32,000 nt of DNA from Phycisphaera mikurensis NBRC 102666. GTDB taxonomy: Bacteria > Planctomycetota > Phycisphaerae > Phycisphaerales > Phycisphaeraceae. Below the pieces are notes generated by a model. It saw only the letters and a list, made by a program, of their open reading frames with translations. It did not search any database and was not told the origin of the DNA. This document shows, piece after piece, positions 26,101 to 31,603 of the stretch; the first letter of the stretch is position 1, and the number at the start of each line of letters is the position of its first letter. The position numbers and the translations under genes were made by a program. The stretch covers positions 3,090,001 through 3,122,000 of the forward strand of contig NC_017080.1 of the NCBI RefSeq assembly GCF_000284115.1, written 5' to 3'.

Positions 26101-27067
26101 GGAGGAGCTCGCCGCCAGCGCCGGCCGGGCCGTGGCCGGCCTCGCCGACGACCGCTGGATCCGCGACGGACTGGTTTCCTGGAGCTTCGGAGACCTGCCC
26201 GAGACGGTCGACGTGGCGCACGCGGGCGTGAGGCTGCGCTGCTTCCCCACGCTGCTCGACCGCGGCGAGAGCGTCTCGCTGCGGGCGGTGGAGACGGCGG
26301 CCGAGGCCGAAGCGACGTTTCCCCGCGGCGTGCTGCGCCTCGCCCGGCTCGCCGTGCGGAGAGACCTCGTGAAGCGGGTGGAAGGCGCCCGCGGGGCGCA
26401 GCCGCTCGCGCTGATCGCCTCGACGCTCCCCGGCGGCGCGGCGGCACTCCAGCGCGACCTCGCCGACGCGGCGAGCGCCCGCGTCTTCGTGCCCCTGATC
26501 GAGGCCCACCCGTCCCGGAGCGCCGCCGCCTTCGAGGCCCTCGTCGAGGCCGGCCGCGGCGACCTCGCCGGCGCCGCCAGCGAGGCGACCGCCGAAGCCG
26601 CCGCCGCGCTCGGGCAGGGCCACGCCCTGCGCCTCGAGCTCGAGCGTCTCGCCAGACGCTGCCCGCCCGGCTGGGAGACGGCGGTGCGGCAGAGCCGAGA
26701 GCAGCTCGAGGACCTCCTGCGGCCCCGGTTCGTCGCCACCACGCCGGCCGGCCGGCTCCGCCACCTCGGCCGCTATCTCGCCGCCTCCCGCGAACGCCTC
26801 GCCGCGCTGGCCCGCGGCAAGCTCGCGAAGGACCGACCGCTCGCCGACGCCTTCGACCGGCGGATGGGGCCGCTGCGGGCACGCCTGAGCGAGGCGGGCG
26901 GCAGCGCCGCGCTGGAGAGCTCGCCCGAGCTGGCGGCCTACCGCTGGATGCTCGAGGAGTGGCGTGTCGCGCTCTTCGCCGCCGGGCTGGGCACCAGCCA
27001 GCCCGTCAGCGAGAAGCGCCTCGAGAAGCAGGCCGCCAAGGCCGACCGCGAGGCCCGCGGGGGCTAG
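23102..27067 (+). CDS. hrpA: ATP-dependent RNA helicase HrpA (DEAH box)
   Basis: 1321 aa. Recognised motifs are GETGSGKSTQLP, DEAHERSLNIDFLLG, SATI, LPLYARLS..EQQRVF, TNVAESS and QRAGRCGR. The long HrpA-type C-terminal extension ends ...WRVALFAAGLGTSQPVSEKRL. Confidence 0.93.
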   Translation: MSGPPEHPRPSDARRQDVPALRALWKKIQHAQSRNRPHDRDLARFEKRLAASVAAKAERAAAAPDVSYPADLPVSAEKDRIKELIARYQVAVLCGETGSGKSTQLPKILMELGHGSDGVIAHTQPRRLAARTLAQRVAAELSVPVGGVVGHSVRFEDRTGPQTRIRYLTDGLLLAELARDPDLLACDAVIVDEAHERSLNIDFLLGYLKRLLPRRPDLKLVITSATINTQLFAEHFRDEAGEPAPVIEVSGRTYPVEVRYAPPEDASDAAADRALLEAFDAAVRGTPGDVLVFLPTERAIGDAARLLRGHTQARSFPGGSVEVLPLYARLSNAEQQRVFSPSGPGRRVVLATNVAESSVTVPRITSVIDTGTARISRYSARARMQRLPIEPVSQASCRQRAGRCGRVAPGLCIRLYSEEDFDDRPAFEAPEVLRTSLASVILTMSSMGLGDPADFPFLEPPRPAAIREGRKTLHELGAAEKDGTLTELGRRMATLPVDPRVARMIFAGAEEGCLAEVLVIAAALEAQDPRLRPVEKQQAADQAHRPFVHPRSDFLTLLNLWDGIHREKDSLSGGAFKRWCSRTFLSHPKVREWAELHRQLVETARGAGLSPKRRTPGPEAVEKLGDAVTRALLAGLLSNVALREDGPAYKAAGAESGDRELFLWPGSALARAKPRWVVAAEVVSTTRQYARTCAQIDPRWIEDLAGDLVTQTHSNPRWEREAGGVFADEKVSFRGLVLVPKRRVKLSHVDPVQAREIFLHEALVGGDADLTAPFFLHNRELERGIEEEQARLRRVDLLADAKRRYRFYDERLPAEVTGVAELNRWLKRASEARRRRLFMAEADLREQEAEEDPGRPATIETGGLVLPVRYVHDASAEDDGATLEVPLAVLGRVGKERLDWGLPGQLEERLAAVIRSLPKPIRKTLAPAPDSARRAAARIRFGEGGFRAAAAEALGWVRGEALDPLLIDVAALDRHLRLGVAVLDDAGKELAQGRDLDALKEELAASAGRAVAGLADDRWIRDGLVSWSFGDLPETVDVAHAGVRLRCFPTLLDRGESVSLRAVETAAEAEATFPRGVLRLARLAVRRDLVKRVEGARGAQPLALIASTLPGGAAALQRDLADAASARVFVPLIEAHPSRSAAAFEALVEAGRGDLAGAASEATAEAAAALGQGHALRLELERLARRCPPGWETAVRQSREQLEDLLRPRFVATTPAGRLRHLGRYLAASRERLAALARGKLAKDRPLADAFDRRMGPLRARLSEAGGSAALESSPELAAYRWMLEEWRVALFAAGLGTSQPVSEKRLEKQAAKADREARGG
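23910..23955. repeat. 46-nt hairpin repeat, copy 6 (perfect arms), inside the hrpA helicase core CDS
   Basis: CCGCGGACCG at 23910-23919, a 26-nt spacer, then CGGTCCGCGG at 23946-23955. The segment encodes AADRALLEAFDAAVRG. Confidence 0.9.
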
Positions 27068-27072
27068 AGCAT

Positions 27073-27214
27073 CGTGCGCAATTTTCCGATCGGCCTGCGT
27101 CCGCGCGTCGTGTTCCTCGTGAGGAGGCGAAGCAGCCCTGCCCCTGCAGGGCGATGCAGCCGACGAAGCGAGGGGCACGACTCGCCCGCAGAGGCGATCG
27201 GAGAATTGCGCACG
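27073..27214 (+). other. 142-nt imperfect rod-like hairpin (candidate structured RNA or ERIC/MITE-like palindromic element) directly 3' of hrpA
   Basis: The outer arms CGTGCGCAATTTTCCGATCG (27073-27092) and CGATCGGAGAATTGCGCACG (27195-27214) pair over 20 bp with one U-G. Pairing continues inward (27105-27119 with 27169-27183) to an apical hairpin at 27132-27157 that contains the palindrome CCCTGCAGGG. Three of the four non-Watson-Crick positions in these two arm stems (27084/27203, 27113/27175, 27114/27174) are U-G on the + strand, which would be C-A on the minus strand. The fourth (27106/27182) is a C-U mismatch. Confidence 0.5.
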
Positions 27215-27252
27215 GTGCGCTAAGGACGCGGACCCTCCGGAGCATGACCGAG

Positions 27253-27287
27253 CGGTCATGGATCGGCGGCCCGCCGATCCATGACCG
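27253..27287. promoter_or_regulatory. 35-nt perfect palindrome (17-bp arms, 1-nt centre), candidate operator or alternative hairpin
   Basis: CGGTCATGGATCGGCGG-c-CCGCCGATCCATGACCG. A further direct copy of CATGACCG at 27243-27250 can pair with 27253-27260 instead. The element ends 30 bp upstream of the -35 box at 27317. Confidence 0.5.
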
Positions 27288-27316
27288 GACCCGGAAAGGC
27301 GGGGAGGAGCCGCCGC

Positions 27317-27344
27317 TTGACTGCGACGAAGAAAGTCGTAGTAT
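27317..27344 (+). promoter_or_regulatory. Near-consensus sigma70-type promoter for the PEP-CTERM / prepilin-like / DUF4198-Kelch cluster
   Basis: TTGACT (27317-27322), a 16-nt spacer, then TAGTAT (27339-27344). This AT-rich island stands out in otherwise GC-rich DNA. It predicts a leader of roughly 180 nt before the ATG at 27533. Confidence 0.55.
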
Positions 27345-27384
27345 CCGCTCCTCGGGTCGCGGCGTCGCGGCCCGCGTCCGCACA

Positions 27385-27425
27385 GCAGACGACCGGCTTC
27401 CCTGGACGGTGCGCCGGTCGTCTGC
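27385..27425 (+). promoter_or_regulatory. Perfect 12-bp stem hairpin in the predicted 5' leader
   Basis: GCAGACGACCGG, a 17-nt loop, then CCGGTCGTCTGC. No U-tract follows it. A second small hairpin, GTTCC-cgaaa-GGAAC (27512-27526), covers the AAGGA Shine-Dalgarno sequence. Confidence 0.4.
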
Positions 27426-27532
27426 CTTCATCCGACGACCCGGAGGTCGCCGGCCCGCAGCATCCCCCGGCGCCGCCTGCGCCGCAAGCGAGCTCGGCCG
27501 GTGCGACCCGGGTTCCCGAAAGGAACGACCCC

Positions 27533-28210
27533 ATGATCGCCCCGAACCCGACCGCCCCCGGCCGCTGCGCGCTCGCGCTCGCCACCTCCGCGCTGCTCGT
27601 CGGCCCGGCCTCCGCCTCCGTCGCGCCCGGTTGGGACCGGCCGACGACGCCCGCGGACGCCGCGGCGGCCGGAACCTCCTACACGGCGTGGGACGTGTTC
27701 ACCGGCACGACCGAGCTCGCGCCCGACGTCGCCGAGGTGAACGCGGCCGGCTCCGCCCGGCTGAGCGAAACCACCGGAGAAGCCTTCGCCACCGGGAGCG
27801 GGAACATCTACTCCTTCTCCGCCGCAACGGCCTTCGACATCGCCCTGCCGGCCACGGCCACGCCGGGCGGCGTGACCGACTTCCAGTTGCAGCTCCGCAC
27901 GCTCGGCACCGCCCTGGACCTCGGCTCGGTCATGCTCGACGGTGTCGCGGCTTCAAGCCTCGCGGGCTTCTCCTACGCCGAGACCGGCAGGCTCCCGCTC
28001 GGCGGCTTCGGCGGCGACCGGGTGGACCACCTCTTCCGCTTCACCGGGCCGGCCGGCGGCGACGCGACGCTCCGCTTCGCCGCCGCGGGCAGCAGCATGA
28101 GCCTCGACCGGGTCTGGATCGACACACGCGTCCGCGCCGTGCCCGAGCCCGGCCCCGCGGCGCTCGCGCTCGCCGGTGTCGGCCTGCTCGCCCGCCGCCG
28201 CGGGGCTTGA
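27533..28210 (+). CDS. Secreted PEP-CTERM domain protein of unknown function
   Basis: 225 aa. It has a signal peptide (ALALATSALLVGPASA) and the C-terminus AVPEPGPAALALAGVGLLARRRGA (PEP, a TM helix and an Arg cluster). An AAAGGA Shine-Dalgarno sequence lies 8 nt upstream. Confidence 0.7.
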   Translation: MIAPNPTAPGRCALALATSALLVGPASASVAPGWDRPTTPADAAAAGTSYTAWDVFTGTTELAPDVAEVNAAGSARLSETTGEAFATGSGNIYSFSAATAFDIALPATATPGGVTDFQLQLRTLGTALDLGSVMLDGVAASSLAGFSYAETGRLPLGGFGGDRVDHLFRFTGPAGGDATLRFAAAGSSMSLDRVWIDTRVRAVPEPGPAALALAGVGLLARRRGA

Positions 28211-28258
28211 GCCCACGCCTCTCCCCCTCGGCTGACGCCCTCCAACCAAGGAGTCCCC

Positions 28259-29161
28259 GTGCCCCCCCGCCCCCCGGCGCCCGCGGTTCGCGGCCGCCGC
28301 TGCCGCTGCCGCTGCTCCGCGTTCACGCTCATCGAGCTGCTGGCGGTCGTCTCGATCGTCGGCCTGCTCGTCGGCTTGCTGCTCCCGGTGCTCGCGGCGG
28401 CGCGGATCGCGGCGAACCACGTCGTCTACCTCTCGGCGGCCCGCCAGCTTTGCAGCGGCTACACCGCCTACCACGCCGACCACGGCGGCGACCTCCTGCT
28501 GGGCTACACGCCGCCGGCGATCGGCGGCGTGCCGGTGACCGTCCGCGACGCCATCAGCGGCCAGACCTTCGGCTACCCGGTCAGCGACCGGTACCCCTGG
28601 CGGCTGTCCCCCTGGGTCGGCGACGTCTGGCCGCTCCTGCACCTCCACGCGGAGGACCCGCAGCGGCCGGCGGCGGGCGACGCCCCCCCGGTCGCTCAGG
28701 CGAAGGCCTACCGGCTCAGCGTCGGGCCGGCCTTCGGCCTCAACAGCGTCTACCTCGGCGGCCACGCCGGCCCCTTCTACCGCGGCTTCAGCGCACCCGG
28801 CAACCGGCCGACGCGCAACGCGCACGTCGCCTTCCGCGCCGCCGAGGTCCGCGACGCGGCGGCGCAGGTCGTGTTCGCCGAGAGCCGGCTGCGCAACGCG
28901 GGCTCCGCCGCCGACCCCGACGCCGGCCTGCACTTCGTCAGCCCCCCGCGGGCCAACGGCCGGCGCTGGGTGGCCGCCGGCGGCGGCTTCGAGATCGCCA
29001 GCGGCCTGGTGACCGGCCTCCCGCTGGGCCGGCACGGGCCGGCCGCGGCCACCGCCTTCTTCGACGGGCACGCGGCCTCCCGCACGCCCGAGCAGCTGGC
29101 CGACATGCGCGGCTGGGCGCCCCGCGCCACCGACGCCGACTGGGACTTCCGATCGCCATGA
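28259..29161 (+). CDS. Prepilin-type N-terminal cleavage/methylation domain protein with H-X9-DG tail (DUF1559-like pseudopilin)
   Basis: The prepilin motif and hydrophobic helix read FTLIELLAVVSIVGLLVGLLLPVL. The C-terminus GRHGPAAATAFFDGH is H, 9 residues, then DG. An AAGGAG Shine-Dalgarno sequence lies 6 nt before the GTG at 28259. Confidence 0.85.
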   Translation: MPPRPPAPAVRGRRCRCRCSAFTLIELLAVVSIVGLLVGLLLPVLAAARIAANHVVYLSAARQLCSGYTAYHADHGGDLLLGYTPPAIGGVPVTVRDAISGQTFGYPVSDRYPWRLSPWVGDVWPLLHLHAEDPQRPAAGDAPPVAQAKAYRLSVGPAFGLNSVYLGGHAGPFYRGFSAPGNRPTRNAHVAFRAAEVRDAAAQVVFAESRLRNAGSAADPDAGLHFVSPPRANGRRWVAAGGGFEIASGLVTGLPLGRHGPAAATAFFDGHAASRTPEQLADMRGWAPRATDADWDFRSP

Positions 29162-31167
29162 CCTTCCCTCCCCCGAGACCTTCCATGACCCCCCGCTTCC
29201 TCCTGCGAGCCGTTCCGGTCCTCGCGGCCCTGCTCACGCCCGCCGCGAATGCCCACTTCGTCTTCGTCGTGCCCGACGCCCCCGAAGCGACCGCCACCGG
29301 CCAGCCGGGGGGCGTCTCGGTCCTGATGAGCGAGAACCTCGAGCCCGACGCCGAGGTGCCGGTGGCGATCGTGTCCGGCGCCGAGCTCTCCGTGCGGGAC
29401 GCCGACGGCACGCAGCGCCCGCTCGACCTCGGCCCGGCCGACGGCGACCGCTTCAGGATCGACCTGCCCGCCGCCGCCGATCCCGAGGCCCCGCGCGTCG
29501 TCCGCGGCCTGGTCGACCTGGGCTTCACGCGACGCGGCGACGGCCCGGGCCACCTGCTGCTCTACCACCCCAAGACGATCCTCGGCGACGCTCTCGCGCC
29601 GTCCACGAGGCTTCGCTGGGGCGTGCCGGTGGAGCTGGTCCCCGTGGCGGACGGCGGCGGCGCCCGGCTGGTGCTGCTCGGCAACGGCCAGCCGCTGGCC
29701 GGGGCGGAGGTCACCGTGATCCACCCCGACGGGCGTGAGGAAGTCGTGACCACCGACGCCCGAGGCCGCACGCCGGTGCTGGCCGCGGGCGGCCGCTACG
29801 GCGCCTGGGCCCGCTTCTGGGTCGATGCGGACGGCGAGCGGGACGGCGAAGCCTTCACGCAGATCCGCCACTACGCCACGCTCGTGTTCGACGCGGACCG
29901 CGGCCTCGGCGGGGCCGGGGCCGCCGCTCCCGGCGCGGCCGCGGAGGAGGCTCCGGCGGCCGACGCCGGCCACGCGATCGAGCGGATCGCCGCGCTGCCC
30001 GAGGCCGCCGCCAGCGGCGGGATCGCCGCCGCCGGCGGCTGGCTCTACGCCTACGGCGGCCACGTCACGCCGACGCACGCGTACCACCGCGAGGCCGTGT
30101 CGGGCGCCTTCCACCGCGCCCGCCTCGACCGGCTCGCCGGCGGCGACGCGTCCGCCTGGGAGGCGTTGCCCGCCGGGGAGCCGCTCCAAGGCATGAACCT
30201 CGCCGCGCTCGGCGGCAAGCTCTACCTCGCCGGCGGCATGCAGCCGCAGAACCGCGAGGGCCACGAAGAAGACAACCGCTCCGTCGCCGACGCCCGCGTC
30301 TTCGATCCCGCCGCCGGCGCCTGGGGCGACCTGCCGCTGCTGCCCGAGCCCCGCTCCTCCCACGACCTGGTCGCCCTCGGCGGGAAGCTCTGGGTCGTCG
30401 GCGGCTGGCACATGCACGGCCGGGCGCAGACGTGGTCCGACACGATCCTCTGCCTCGACCCCGCGGCCGAGTCGCCCCGCTGGGAGGCACGCCCGCAGCC
30501 GTTCCGACGCCGCGCCCTGATCGCCGCCGCGTTCGAAGACCGCCTCTGGGTCATCGGCGGCATGAACGACGCGCAGAAGATCCCCGCCGCCGTCTCCATC
30601 TACGACCCCGCCTCCAACGCCTGGGCCGACGGCCCGCCCCTGCCCGCCGGCCGCTTCAATGGCTTCTCGCCCGCGGCCTGCGTCGCCGGCGGCCGGCTCT
30701 ACGTGAGCGTCGCCGACGGCACGCTGCTCCGCCTGTCCGCGGCAAAGGACGCGTGGGAGGAGGTCGCCCGCGCCGCCCCGCGGGTGGTCCACCGCATGGT
30801 CGCCGACGAAGCCCGCGGCCGGCTGCTGCTCGCCGGCGGTGCCTGGGACGGCGACAACCTCGACCGCATCGACGCGGTGGAGATCCCCGGACTCGCCGGA
30901 GCGACACCCGGCACGCCCGAGGCCGACGCCGACGCCCCGCCCGACGCAGCCGCCGCGGCCGCGTCCGCCGCCGCGGCCGCGGCGCAGACCCACTGCCCCG
31001 TGATGCCGAAGGTCGGGGTGAGCGAGGCGAGCCGCACCGTCTTCCACCGCGGCCACACGGTCCGCCTCTGCTGCCGCCTCTGTGTGAAGCACTGGAACGC
31101 AGACCCGCTGGCCTTCGCCGACCCCGACCTGCTCCCGCAGCTGCGGGCGGCGCCGAGCGACTCCTGA
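29158..31167 (+). CDS. Fusion protein: signal peptide, DUF4198-like domain, Kelch-repeat beta-propeller and C-terminal Cys/His (YHS/TRASH-like) module
   Basis: The ATG overlaps the upstream stop (ATGA at 29158-29161). The signal peptide ends ...TPAANA followed by HFVFVVPD, the His-first start typical of DUF4198. A later block reads GNGQPLAGAEVTVIHPDG...TTDARGRT. There are 5-6 Kelch-like blades (GGKLYLAGGM, GGKLWVVGGW, EDRLWVIGGM, GGRLYVS, RGRLLLAGGA). The tail reads HCPVMPKVGV...FHRGHTVRLCCRLCVKHWNADP. Confidence 0.75.
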   Translation: MTFPPPRPSMTPRFLLRAVPVLAALLTPAANAHFVFVVPDAPEATATGQPGGVSVLMSENLEPDAEVPVAIVSGAELSVRDADGTQRPLDLGPADGDRFRIDLPAAADPEAPRVVRGLVDLGFTRRGDGPGHLLLYHPKTILGDALAPSTRLRWGVPVELVPVADGGGARLVLLGNGQPLAGAEVTVIHPDGREEVVTTDARGRTPVLAAGGRYGAWARFWVDADGERDGEAFTQIRHYATLVFDADRGLGGAGAAAPGAAAEEAPAADAGHAIERIAALPEAAASGGIAAAGGWLYAYGGHVTPTHAYHREAVSGAFHRARLDRLAGGDASAWEALPAGEPLQGMNLAALGGKLYLAGGMQPQNREGHEEDNRSVADARVFDPAAGAWGDLPLLPEPRSSHDLVALGGKLWVVGGWHMHGRAQTWSDTILCLDPAAESPRWEARPQPFRRRALIAAAFEDRLWVIGGMNDAQKIPAAVSIYDPASNAWADGPPLPAGRFNGFSPAACVAGGRLYVSVADGTLLRLSAAKDAWEEVARAAPRVVHRMVADEARGRLLLAGGAWDGDNLDRIDAVEIPGLAGATPGTPEADADAPPDAAAAAASAAAAAAQTHCPVMPKVGVSEASRTVFHRGHTVRLCCRLCVKHWNADPLAFADPDLLPQLRAAPSDS

Positions 31168-31241
31168 AGCGGCGGGCCGCCGCCGCCGTCACGCGCCGCC
31201 GGTTGCGGGTGCTGCCGGATCGGGGTGCCGGGCCTCGCGGG

Positions 31242-31448
31242 TCAGGCCGCCGCGGCGGCGAAGCCCGCGCAGCCGCTGATCGGCGTGACCTTCAGGCGCA
31301 GGCTCTCGTTGCGGGGATGGCCGCAGGGCTCGGTCATCCCGGCCGGGGCCGAGCGGGAGGTGCGGATCTGCACGAGCGGGGGCCGGTTCGGCTCGCCCTC
31401 GCCGAAGTGCCGACAGAGACCGCACTGACCGTCTTGGAGCGTGAGCAT
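31242..31448 (-). CDS. Small Cys-rich hypothetical protein (68 aa)
   Basis: MLTLQDGQCGLCRHFGEGEP...CGHPRNESLRLKVTPISGCAGF. The four Cys are arranged CxxC ... C ... C. Nearly every codon ends in G/C, as in the neighbouring real genes. No family was recognised and no Shine-Dalgarno sequence is visible. Confidence 0.45.
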   Translation of the reverse strand: MLTLQDGQCGLCRHFGEGEPNRPPLVQIRTSRSAPAGMTEPCGHPRNESLRLKVTPISGCAGFAAAAA

Positions 31449-31546
31449 GGTGGAAGATCGTCCGCTTCGGAGGGCGACTGAAGCGCTGCGGCGGCCGCCG
31501 GGGCACCTCACGCCGGCCCCGCTTGGCGCTCCCGCCGCGTCCCCGC

Positions 31547-31592
31547 CGCGGACCGCGGCCGCTTCCGCCCGCTTGGGACCGCGGTCCGCGGA
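31547..31592. repeat. 46-nt hairpin repeat, copy 7 (perfect arms, extendable to 13 bp), intergenic between the YhcH-like gene and the small Cys ORF
   Basis: CCGCGGACCGcgg at 31547-31559 pairs with ccgCGGTCCGCGG at 31580-31592. Each arm is here a full 13-nt palindrome, CCGCGG-W-CCGCGG. Confidence 0.9.
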
Positions 31593-31603
31593 TCCGGGCC
31601 GCT

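Noticed and set aside
22886-27259. Very long alternate-frame and antisense ORFs. Examples are the 1457-aa ORF antisense to hrpA, 141..1640 (-), 14151..16247 (-) upstream of yidD, 2899..3717 (+) and 26959..29157 (+).
   Set aside because: Stop codons are rare in DNA this GC-rich, so long open frames arise in every frame. Their translations are Arg/Pro/Gly/Ala low-complexity strings with no recognisable motifs. They overlap genes that have clear family signatures.
27281-27532. An in-frame upstream extension of the PEP-CTERM gene (ORF 27281..28210, 309 aa).
   Set aside because: The extension would run through the promoter-like TTGACT/TAGTAT and the leader hairpin. A good signal peptide begins right at the ATG at 27533, which also has an AAAGGA Shine-Dalgarno sequence 8 nt upstream.
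29891-29900. Isolated 9-of-10 matches to one arm of the hairpin repeat without a partner at +/-36 nt. These are 29891 (ACGCGGACCG), 25968 (GGGTCCGCGG), 30733 (CTGTCCGCGG), 15904 (CGGTCCGCTG) and 2205 (CCGCGGACGG).
   Set aside because: Single near-matches to a GC-rich 10-mer are expected by chance in this composition. None has a complementary arm at the fixed spacing, so I did not count them as copies.
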